From the NCBI RefSeq assembly GCF_009914755.1, contig NC_060929.1: a DNA stretch of 64,000 nt, one strand, 5' to 3'. A program made the position numbers and the translations under genes. A model generated the notes under the pieces. That model did no database searches. It was given only the letters and a program-made list of their open reading frames with translations, and was not told where the DNA came from. This document shows, one piece after another, positions 26,660-39,210 of the stretch (positions within the stretch are counted from its first letter, which is position 1; each line of letters starts with the position of its first letter). Source of the DNA: the human T2T-CHM13v2.0 reference genome, Homo sapiens.

Positions 26660-27354
26660 AAGAAATGAAATCAGAAAATTTGCCTTAATGGCAGAGTCCT
26701 CATATAGAAATAGAAGGCTAGACTCAAAGGTGTTTGCCTTTTTAATGCCCAACCTCTGTATTCTCAGAGTAGGACTCTCCATTATTGCTATATTTCTGAT
26801 TATTTTTTCTGTATGCTATTTTGATGTTTAATTTCCATCACATACTATCATCTTTCAAGAACATCTACTGAATTTTGAATCAGAAACTGAAATCAAATCT
26901 GTTTGAAATGTTCAAAGCCATCTCCAATGGCACTCTTGGAGCTCCATATAATAAGAAGAACACAGGAGCAATAGCCCTATTAAGCTGATGAAATCATTGA
27001 TTTCTTCTATGTCTAATGGTCACATTAAAAGCTGAGATTTTAAACAGATATAATACTAAGTAACTCAGTACCTTATCAAATTAACAAAGAGCTTTTTAAC
27101 CCTATGACCCTTAATAGAACATGTTTATTGGAAAATGGCTGTGAATACAAATACTTTCAAAACATGGTGGCTAAAAGTGTTCTGTGTGGCTAATCAAAAT
27201 AACATCACTGGCTTGGCTGCATTTTCTGCTTTTCTTGCATAGAAAAGGTAAGAAGATTTATGCAGAAACACCAAGTCAATCAAATGCTTTCTGAGTTGTT
27301 CTATTTATCTGTCTAACTTTAAGATGGAAATATGTTTAGAACATTATCCTTGAG

Positions 27355-27525
27355 CAGTAGTTCCCAAACACTAGTTCACAGTCCTTCTGTATCAAAACTG
27401 CTTAGGGTGCTCAAAATACAGACATTTAAATCTGAGGTCAGATATATGGACTCAAAAAGGACACTGGCTTAATTTTAGCAGAACTACAGATGATTTGAAT
27501 GGACACGCCCATTTGAAAGCCATTA
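27355..27525. mobile_element. MER5-like hAT DNA transposon remnant
   Basis: 'cagtagttcccaaac...gatgatttgaatggacac...tttgaaagccatt' resembles MER5 termini. Confidence 0.5.
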
Positions 27526-27629
27526 CAATAAAATTGGGCTCTAAGTATGAGATTGATAGGGGCTTCCTTTTTCTCCTTTCTGTAGCTTTTTCTCCCTTTG
27601 ATATGCATTGCCCCCCATCATAGTCATGA

Positions 27630-27720
27630 AATAGCTGTGCAGGGAAGTCTTTCTAAAGTGATATGGTCTAATCTCCTCATTCCTGAGGGGGAAACTGAGG
27701 TTCAGGGAGATAAAAAGATT
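27630..27720 (-). mobile_element. MIR3 fragment
   Basis: 'ggtctaatctcctcatt...ggggaaactgaggttcagggag'. Confidence 0.55.
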
Positions 27721-28508
27721 CTGCTGGCTTGGACCCAGTGTACTTTATGCCCTCTCTGTTTTCCTCTGTCTTGATCCTTTCTTTGGAAATATTCTGGTGA
27801 ACTCAGTTGCATTGATAGGTATGAACAACAGACAAAAGATAACTTTATTAATGCCAGTAGCATTTAATGTTTTGACACAGTCAATGACATCAGCTAAAGA
27901 AAAGACCATATATTTGTAGAATGTTAACATGTGAGAGAAAAGAGGAAGCAGAATAGGAGGAGCATATGTTAAAGGATAAACCCTTAAAATTCAAAGTTCA
28001 TGTAGCTTATAGTTGTCTGGTCCTCAGATCAATCCGGTTTGCAGGATTTTAAGACTGTCCAAAATATTGTCAGATAGGGTTTAAAAAAAAACAAACCACC
28101 TTAGTGCATATTTTTTTTCAGGCTTTTATCAATCTATATGATCTTTTACAAAAATGACATAATGATGCTCATATTGTTTTGTAGCTCTGTTTTGTTTCCA
28201 TTCAAAAATAAATCATGAGCGTGTTTTAAGTCTATCATGTAGTTTTAAATAGGTTGATAATATAAAAGGTACCATAATACATTTATTAGATCCTCTCTTG
28301 TTGCACATTTATTTTTCAATAGTTTGCGCAATAAACAATGCTGTGATATTCTTCTAGCAAAATCCTATCAGATATCCCATGAGAATTTTGTTAAGATATA
28401 TTTGTAAAAGTGGGAATTACTAGACACATGTCTATATTCTGAATATAGAGAGGATTAGATAAGTAGCATAAACATTCTAAATGGGTGTTTTTTGAAGAAC
28501 AACAAATT

Positions 28509-28828
<320 letters not shown>

Positions 28829-29280
28829 GAACAACAAATTTCAGATAATTTGGTTATTTTAGAACAAAAGATAATAAATTGTAGATATATATTTATGTGG
28901 GAAATTTTATTTTGAATAAAAATGAACATGCCGAATGTTTATAAATGACTGATATTTTAAAATTACAGCACTAAAGCAGCAGATTGTACATTAACATTCC
29001 AGATTTTTATCTATCTATCTACCAATCATCTATTTAGCAATAATTCTGAAATGGAGTCTACAGAGCAGTAGTGATCTTCAGAAAATAAATACTTAATTTG
29101 CAAAAGGCACCTATATAAACTATAGACTCCCTCTTCATGGGTGAATAAATATAAGTCTAGATTAGAGTCTAAAGAACCATACAAAAGATCATTCACCTAA
29201 TGGCTCCTTCTATAATATTTTTAATGTAATGTTATGTTTAAATTCGAGAACAAAAAAGAAACACAAAACAAAACTGAAGA

Positions 29281-29738
<458 letters not shown>

Positions 29739-29959
29739 CTAAATTATCCAAGTAATTTAGTGCAAATGTTTTCTCCAAAAACTATGTGGGTTGCAAATAA
29801 ATTTTAAAATGGGTATTATTGGTTAAACACTTAAGGAGATTTGTAATTCCCCCAGGGAATCTAAAAACACAGCTGAGATATTGTGCCACAGTCAAAGTCT
29901 CAGTGTTATATACTTGGACTTCCTAAAACCCGGACTTTGAAATTAGACACTAAGATGTA

Positions 29960-30190
29960 AGTAGTGTGCTAGTGTAGAATGGACATTGGATGGAGAATAA
30001 GATTTGGTTGCAATCTTGGCTCTGCTGTTCTATTAGCTTAGGGACCTTGGAAAAGTCAGCTGATTTCTCAGGATACAGAGATCTCATTTGAATGGAAATA
30101 GTTAATGAACATTTAGTTTATAATTTATGATTGTAACTTAGTTCTTAGCACACAGGTTAGCATGGAATAGGTGCTTGGTAAATATTTTTT
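29960..30190 (+). mobile_element. MIR
   Basis: 'atcttggctctgctg...ttagcttagggaccttggaaaagtca...taggtgcttggtaaatat'. Confidence 0.6.
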
Positions 30191-31225
30191 TCTGAATCAA
30201 AAGGATTTTAGTGAATATTTTCATCTTGGAATATGTAAGAAAGTTTTTTTCTCTCTCTCTTTCATGTATTCTTGAGTTCCCGCCATTTCCCTCAATGCTA
30301 TATTTGCTCAATAATTTATCAGTTTTGCTGGATGAAATGTAGAGCTGACCACATAAAAATAAAAAGTACTTTTAGAGTGAGCCTGCAGGGTTTTAAAGTC
30401 TCACATATGGATCTGTATTCAGGCCGAAACCCAGACACATACAAGATTGGAGTTGGTATAGAATATTAAGGATGAAACTGGGAATGAGAGAAGCTATACA
30501 GAGTTTGTTTGAATGCTAATAAATCATGAAATCACTGTTTCCTGTCTACTGGGATTTACTGCATAAGAAGCCTGCAATTCAACAAAGAACGGAGTTCCCT
30601 ACAGAACTCTTTAGTCTGGCTCTAACCAATACACTCTAGGCTGAAAAAAGGCAGAGTAGGTGTTAGGAAAGAAAGCCGAGGAGATTTCAGAAATGGAAAA
30701 GATCCCTTGTTCCAAAATCGTACATATGTATAATTGTTATTTTAATACTAATCAGGACTCGGTGGCAGAATTGTGATGGCTCTGTGAACACGACTCCTAA
30801 CCACACAGCTGGTTGTTCAGTTAATTTACTTCTTTTAAGGGCCCCCCTTGCTCTCATTTGATATTGTTTTCTGTATGCAGCCTCCCTACTGTGTCTCTAG
30901 CTAAGTCAATCTACCTCTCTGAATTTAATGTACTCCGACATGGGCATGTTCAGGAGAGGAGAGGCTGTACTCAGACACAGAAAGCAAGCTCCACGTGAGA
31001 CAGTGCCTTCATTGCTTTCCCCCTGCCAGGAGACTGTGGGAAAACCTCCCCAGAAAGAACTGATGAAGAGAGAAAGCACACAGGCCACCTGGGCGAGATG
31101 TAAGAAGAAGTTGAATCCAGAAACAATTCTTCCTGAGCAAACATCTCTAGCTCTGCCTCCTCCCCACACACCCTTGCTGGGGAGTGAAACTAATTTAACA
31201 AGATATCCCCATTTCCTCTGAACAG

Positions 31226-31366
31226 TGGTGAAAATATTCCTACAGGACTTTATTAAGACAGACCCCAAAGTACTCATCAGGCCAGTGAAAGGGAAAAATC
31301 CTGCTGTGGCCTTTCTACCCACAACACTACTGCAATTAAAGAAGAAGCCAGTATCAAAGCAGACAG
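31226..31366 (+). other. Candidate 141-nt cassette exon, host gene not identified
   Basis: Branch-like ctaat/ttaac near 31190-31199, acceptor 'ccccatttcctctgaacag|', donor 'CAG|gtaact', one open frame; splice signals only. Confidence 0.3.
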
Positions 31367-31927
31367 GTAACTGTATAAGCACACCAGGCATCTGCCCATG
31401 CCCATGGCCACATTTTTAAAGGCGAGAGCCATTATTTTTCCAGTGGTACAGGAAAGGAGCTGCAGGACAGGCAGGTTAAATTGAAAAGGCGTTACAAGTA
31501 CCTTAGGAGGTTAACAGTATCACCTGAAGCCAGATTCCTATCACTTATAGATTCAATATTCTTTTGGAATTTGATGAGGTCCATGGGGATGTTTGCAAAG
31601 GGGAAGTGTGATTGGCCCTCTAACTTGGCAGCTATTTGGCATCCCATGCAGAGATTGTAAGAAGTTCTTTATTTTCCATGTGGATCTGGCATTCCTAAAG
31701 CAGTAGGTGCTCTGTGCCAATATGAACTCGGATGTTAATCACGGCTTTTTCATTTCAGTAATGGGTTGAGTGGATAGATGACTGAGGAGGATGATGAGGG
31801 GGCTTGGTTATTATTAGAAAACACAAAATATGGATCTGATTTCTCATTTTCATTTAAAAAGTGACATTTTGGCAAACATTTTAGATTTGGAAAGCAGCAA
31901 AGTTTTGTAAATTAGTGTCCTATATGA

Positions 31928-32409
<482 letters not shown>

Positions 32410-35289
32410 TAAGACTATTCTTGTTCAAATAGGTTAGTTTCTCACAAACGAAAAGAAAAAGGGGCAGGTCACCTACAGTTCTCTCTGATTTTGGGAAGTG
32501 TTAGGACAAAAACTTTCTCTGTTGCTCACAGTTCAATTTCACACTCTAAACAAGGCTATCTTAGTGCTTTGGGGTTCAGCAGATCAGTTTAGACTGTATT
32601 TTTCTGTCTTTGTTTCCATTGTTCTTTTATCCAGCTGCAAGACTGCTTTTCTTGTAGCAAAATGTCAAATGGTGGTGAATTTGTTCAATTAGCTTTGCAA
32701 ATGTATGTTTGACTTCCTAGGAATTTTTCTCCTCCTTTCTTTGTTGCATATTTCTTATATTTCAAAGGGGGACATCAAATAAATCCTTCTTTTGAAAGAA
32801 ATTAGCATTTTAATTCATAGGTGATAGTCTGCAGTTATGTTTCTGTTTATGTTTTTAATTAAAGGACAAATACACAGGCAATCTTTTTCCATTTGATTCA
32901 GTTATTTTGGAGGTGAAGAAAATACTTAAATCCCAGCTGCACTGAAGGTAATATTTTGACGTAAATAACTTTATCCCATAAAGTAGCTTAATCAATGGAT
33001 TGCATGTGGCCTGCGAACTACAAAACAACTCTTTTCCCATGTTGTTTGCATAAGCCTCTATAATTTTAGTTACAGGACCTGAAAATACATAAACATAAAT
33101 TAAAAAGGAAAAGAAAAAGATAAATCTTTTAGTCTAACAGGGATTGGAAAGGTATATTTGTTCGCTAATAAGATAAAACCAACAAAGCAATTATTTAAAT
33201 AGTTGATAGGAATTTGAGATTCTATGTAAAAAAAAAAAAGAAGAGATAGGCTGGGATCAGAGTAATGGAGGTAAAGTAGTGAAATGTTTGATGATATGCA
33301 TCCCTAGTCACTCTTTTCTCTCGTGGAGTCTTTTTTTATTTAAGTTTTGCCAACCACAAACAATAGTTTATTATCCTCATGAATACCTTAGCAGTCCTCT
33401 TAGCTCTTATATCTAAGGCAGGTAAAAAACATTCATCTTTGCCTCCTTTTCTCTTTCCCCAAATGATAAAGAGGTGGATACAGCACATGAAATACAATTA
33501 AAGGTCTTCAAAGGGCCACTGGGCTGCTGAAGCTAAGCGCCTCTCATCTGCATCAGAATTCCAGTTTCTTTGAAGTTAATTCAGAGATTATACTTCATGC
33601 CTTTAAACAGTCTTTAAATAAGAATGTGTATTATAGCTTTTCAAAAAATCCTCTGGTACATCAGATTGAAATGAAGCTGAGCGTTCCACTAGTTTATGTT
33701 TCAACCATGGGGCAGGGGAAGAACTGAAGCTTTTGAGGTTCCTCCCTCTGTTACTTCTCGACAGGATAGTGAACCATCAAAAACAATTCTCTTGTCTTCC
33801 CTTTTCCTTTTTTCTCTTCAATAGCCTTCAGTTTTTCTTCAGCTGAAAAAATTATTTTTATTACAACATGGCTTGTAAAGTTATAAAATACACCTGATGT
33901 GCGCTAGTCAACTGTCAATTCGTTACATAGCTAATTGACGTAGCTCCAGACATAGCTAATTGACAATTGACTAGTAGCTCCAGGTTTTACATATAAGGTG
34001 TCTGTGAGGCTTTGTTAATAAAGGTGTTTTCCCCAGCTTTAGAAGGAAGGTGCTGGTCACAAGTGAGGAGCAAGACTAACCGCTGAAGGTAAATTTATTC
34101 AAGCTTAGTAGCATGTCTGGTAACTTTAGTTTGGGAGGACATCAGTTTTCTTGTATAAAGCAGGGTGTTCCCCAAAGTAGGGGGATTGGTGCTCAAAGCA
34201 AAAGTATTTGACAAACTAATGCATTGAGCATGCTGGCATGAGCATGAGCAAGCCTTATATGCACTACAGGCAAGGTAGGGAGAGAGTCCCAAAATACTCA
34301 ACAGAATTTGGAATCGAACAATCTTGTGTATTTCTGTCAAGAAAGCCAATAACCTGTTGAGGAATGTGTGAAAAAACATCATTCTCTGACTAGTAAGTTC
34401 AACGTATAACAGCAGGTAAACAGGACTGAAATCTGGGGGCTCAGTTACAAGGTTTTATGGTGACTTCTTCAATTCAGCACTAGAATCTTGTGTGAAGTTA
34501 CAATTTTTTGTTTTGAAAAGTAATTTAACAACATTAAGATACTCAACATGGGGAAAATATTTTGAATTCTTCCCACTTAGATTTAAAAAGAGTTTTATTT
34601 ATTTGGAACTAAATACAAGATTGGAGGAGTGATGAGGCCATAATTTTTCATTTCTTGGGGGCTTTACATATTTTCAAGTTTCCTTGTGTGAGATGTTTGT
34701 AATTTAATGTGGATATTATTTTAACAAAGTTTGTCACACATAGGAGTTTCAACTTAAGTTTATCGCATTATAAAACGATGGTCTAAGAATGACTAGGTAT
34801 CCATTTTTATCTTGAAGGGCAAACAATGCCTAAATTAATTAAAGATAATTAACTGTCAAAATTCACACCCAAGAGTGCATTAATTTATCAGCTCAAGCCT
34901 TCCCTGCTGATTTCTTACTGTGTCTATAGAGCTGTAAGATGTAATTTTGTTTATTTTCCTTAAACTACTTGGTAACTTCTATAATAAAACAACTGGAGAA
35001 ACCTCTTATAGAAAACATGATTTTTAAAATTTTAATTTATATCCTCTTTTAATATTTAAGATAATTAGCTATTGATTTAGTAATCGGTAGTCTTTCGTTT
35101 TTCCTGTTCTATGGAAATTGAAAATTTCTGCCAGCAATTAAAAGGACACTATTGACCATTAAGACAAATATGGATATTGTCAAGTATTGATATGCTATAT
35201 GTTTACTTCAGTAAGTATTAATTCTCATTTAGAACATTCAGTTACCAATAGAGTACTAATGACAATAGCAAGTAGGCAAATAAGTAAAT

Positions 35290-37860
35290 ATGTATCAAAT
35301 ATATTTATTGAGGTCCTACTATGTAGCAGGTTCTCACCTGGGTACTGGGAATATAGCAGGTTATAAAACAGGTAAAGTTGTCTGCTCGCCTTGAATATAT
35401 ATTATGGGATAGGGAAACAATAATAAACTATGAATGTAATAAACAAGTAAATCACATGGGATTTTAAGAATCGGTAATTTCTGTGGGGAAAAAAGTGGAG
35501 AGAAGAGAATTTGAGAGTTCCAGAGGATGCGGAGAGCCTGGAGGGCCAGTTAGAGTATAAAATACAAAACAGGTGAGGGTAGGCCTCATTGAGTGAATGA
35601 GAGATGAGCAAAAAGCTGGAGCAGAGAGGCAGGTAGCCAAGCACAAAGTCCAGGAAAAGAGAGTTCCTGAGAAAGAAAATAGCTCTGCAAAGGCCCTAAA
35701 GGGAGAGTGATGGGCATGATCATGGAAAACCAAAGAGGCCAGTGTGGTCCAAGTAGCCTGAGCAAGTAGGGGTATAAATTTGATAGGGCCAGGCTCCTGA
35801 ACGCAATTTGACTTTTATTTGGAGAGAAATGTAAAGTCTATTGCCAGATCAGACCAAAGAGTGAAATGACTTAAATGTTAAAAACAATAAATTGTGGGTG
35901 GGTGGATAGGGAAGGGAGTAATGGTGGGAGAAAAGGAGGCTATGGAGAATACGGTGTATGGCTGTGGAGAATGAAGTAGGCTTCCTGGTGAAGGTGAAAT
36001 GTTGTCCAATTCTGCATGTATCTTAAAGTTAGAGACAATGAGGTCTTCTGATAAGTCGGATGTATGGTGTGACAATGAAAGATAAGAGAAGGACCACATG
36101 AGCAGCTGAAAGAAGGACACTGTCTCCTGAGATGGGGATGGCTATGAGTAGGAAAGGCTGTGATATAAATAGTAATTTCACTTTGGTATTGATTAATGTC
36201 TATGGATAGATAATGCTGGAATTTGGGAGAGAGGTCTAAGCTGGAGACATAAATATAGCAGTAGTGGCCATATTGATGGTATTACAAACCCCAAGAAAAT
36301 GAATTAGATCACAAGAAAGCAAACGTAGATGGAAAATTCCAAAGACCAAGTCCTGGAGCTCTCCAATGGTAAGAGATCGGCGAGGAAAGAAACAGTAAGC
36401 CAAAGGAAGTAATGCCTGAGGGAGAAGGAAAACTGAGATACCTTGGTGTTCTAGGAGACAAATGAGTAAATTCTATTCAGTAGAAGTGAGTGATCATCTA
36501 TGCCAAATGCTTCGATTTTTGAAATAAGATCAATGTTGTAAATGTAAACGTATGACTGAAAAAAATTAGGCCATAGGAAGGAATGGTCTTTGAAAATGGG
36601 ATCTAAGAAATGGGGTCTGCATTAGTTTCTAATTGCTGCTATTACAGATTGCCACAAATTTAGTGACTTAAAATGGCATAATTTAATGTATTAGTGTTTT
36701 GGAGGTCAGAAATCCAAAGTGAGACTCACTGGACTGAAAGTATCAGCAAGACTGCATTCCTTCCAGAGTCTCTAGGAGAGAACCCATTTTCTTGTCTTTT
36801 CCTGATTTTGGAGACCACTTGCATTCATTGGCTTGTGAACCTTCTCCTCTCTCTTCAAAGCCAGGATTGTTAGGTTGGGGCCTTCTTATGCTACTATCTT
36901 TTGCTTTCTTCTAGCTCCCTCTTCCTTTTTTAAGGACACATGTAACTATGTTGTGCCCAGCCATACTATCCAGGGAAATCTCTCTATTTTTAAAGTCAAC
37001 TGATTAGCAATCTTGATTTTATCTGCAAGTTTAATTACTCTTTTCCATGTAACCTAATATATTTATAGGTCCTAGGAATTAGGATGTGGATATTTGGAGG
37101 TTAGGTTTTTTTCTGACTACAGCAAGATGATAGTTGGAAGAAAAAGAATCAAGAGAAAAATTTTTTCTTAGTATAATGCAAATAACAGCATGTTTGTATG
37201 CTGGGGGGAGTAATCAAATGGATAAAAGAAAAATCACTGTAGGAGAAAAATGACTTCTTGGAATGAATAGGCCTAAGCAGACAGCATCTGTACATGAGTA
37301 CAGAAATTTCCTTTAGTAAGGAATATAGCTATTTTATCTATGACAACAGGCAAGAAAGTACAATATAAGGGTGCAGATGCAAGTAGATCAATGAATGTGG
37401 TGGTGACAGTCTGGGGAAGTCATCTTCACTTTAATATTATTTGTGAAATACTGAGCAAGGTCACTGGTGGGGAGTGAGGATAGAAGAGGAGATCATAAAG
37501 GTTTAAGAAGGAATATAGAAAATAGTGTTAGAGAAGGGGAATGAATGGACTGAGAAAGTATCATATGCTTGCCTGGTGCCATTAAGAAATTTCACTTTGA
37601 AATTCCTGGATAGGAATTTTTACTAAAACCAACTGATAACATGGAGCTTTTCTTTAGGCATTTTCAGCTTTAAATTTTACCAGGATGTGGTTTTTGTCAA
37701 GCTTGCCAACCTTGGAGAAAGGCAAGGAATAGAAGGGAATACGCAAGGGAGAGGTGATGCTTGACCTTGACCTCTTAACAGGGAAGCTGGGAAGTGAGGT
37801 CATCTGGTGGATGAGGGGGCATGAGTAGTTGGTAGAATCAAAAGACTCAAAGCCCCCTGA
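35290..37860 (-). mobile_element. Long L2 LINE fragment interrupted by MLT1D
   Basis: 'aaatatatttattgaggtcctactatgt' (reverse L2 3' end), 'ggagagaggtctaagctggagacataaat', purine-rich + strand; distal boundary approximate. Confidence 0.75.
36618..37121 (-). mobile_element. MLT1D-like solo LTR nested in L2
   Basis: 'tgcattagtttctaattgctgct...gccacaaatttagtgacttaaa', 'tcaactgattagcaatctt', ends 'ctaca'. Confidence 0.8.
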
Positions 37861-37950
37861 GGTAGGCAATAAAATAACTTTGAAGTTGAGGAACTACAGG
37901 CTAAGACCAAATGTAGACAGACGTATTGAGTCAATGTCATGTGACTGCTT

Positions 37951-38483
37951 ACACTATTTATGGTATGACGTTATATAAGATCCAATAAAAGTGTGTAAAT
38001 AATATTTCCTAAACATATTAATTTCCTAATTTATCCTTATAAAGTTAGGGTATCTGCTAGGTGATTTCTAGTATGTTTTCAATTGAGCCTCACAAGTATG
38101 TATGCAGAAGAACTTGGTGCTATTCTTTATAGAAGACTGATATAATAGGTTCAAACTTGCCCCCCAGGAGCTTGGAAATTCAAAATCCTCAGTTCAATTT
38201 CAGTTATCCATCTTTTATACCTCAAAGTGTTTTATATATTTGGGTCTAAAGGAGTGTCTCTTTACCTTGTAACTCCTTGAGCCTTATGATTTCTATTAAC
38301 TTTTAATATTGACTTGACTTGAGGGATTACTACTTATTTTATCATACATAAAATATGATTTTTTGTTTTCACTCAGGAATTTTATGAGGATAAAGTTAAT
38401 TAGGAAATTAATATGTTTAGGAAATATTGTTCATACACTTTTATTGGATCTTATATAATGTCATGCCATAAATACAATAGTGT
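37951..38483. repeat. Inverted repeat, arms ~37951-38046 and ~38378-38483, ~330-bp spacer
   Basis: Hand alignment: 72/77 identity over the core (37955-38031 versus reverse complement of arm 2), extended by two 5-nt indels. Confidence 0.95.
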
Positions 38484-38499
38484 CATTCTGTTGGAAACC

Positions 38500-39210
38500 A
38501 ACAAAAATCCATTCAGATAAACTACCTGGAAAAAGACATGTTGAGACATTTGGGGAACAATTCAAAACTTTGGGTAATAAATAACGGTTTTTTTTTGTGT
38601 TAGTTTCTTTAAAAGTGAGAATATTTTGGTTTAATTTTTAAGTCTTTCAGAAATACAATAGTAACTACAGGTGAAATTATAAGATATTTGAGTTTTGCTT
38701 TGTGCACTTCAGCAAGAAGCTAACAAAGGGCCAGGCATGGGGCTCATGCCTGTAATTCCAGCACTTTGGGAGCCTGAAGTGGGCAAATCACCTAAGGTCA
38801 GGAGTTCAAGACCAGCCTGGCCAACATGATGAAAGGCTGTCTCTACTAAAAATATAAAAATTAGATGGGCATAATGGCAGGCGCCTATAATACCAGCTAC
38901 TCAGGAGACTGAGGCAGGAGAATCACTTGAACTTGAGAAGCGGAAGTTGCAGTGAGCCTAGATCATATCATTGTACTCCAGCCTGGGCGACAGAGCAAGG
39001 CTCTACCTTGGTGGGAAAAAAAAAAAAAAAAAAAAAGGCAGCAAACAAAGGTTGCAGTGTGTGTGTGGAGGGGTGCTGGGTGGTGAATGGAGGGATATAA
39101 GAAGCCCAAGAGTGGAAAATTAATGTTTGCTGAAATTGGGTGATGTGTACATAGGGGTTCTAATTATTTTATCTATAAATATTTTTAAATTTTTTCATAA
39201 TCAAAAGCTT
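38500..39210 (+). mobile_element. Old L1M (MC/ME-like) 3' end interrupted by an Alu
   Basis: 'gctgaaattgggtgatgtgtacataggggttc...ttttcataatcaaaag' typical of L1MC/ME 3' termini. Confidence 0.6.
38729..39036 (+). mobile_element. Full-length AluSx-like
   Basis: Dimeric Alu, poly(A), degenerate TSD agc(t/a)aacaaag. Confidence 0.94.

Noticed and set aside
30906-31391. 161-aa minus-strand ORF as a standalone CDS
   Set aside because: No recognisable protein family or promoter context; kept only as part of a low-confidence finding.
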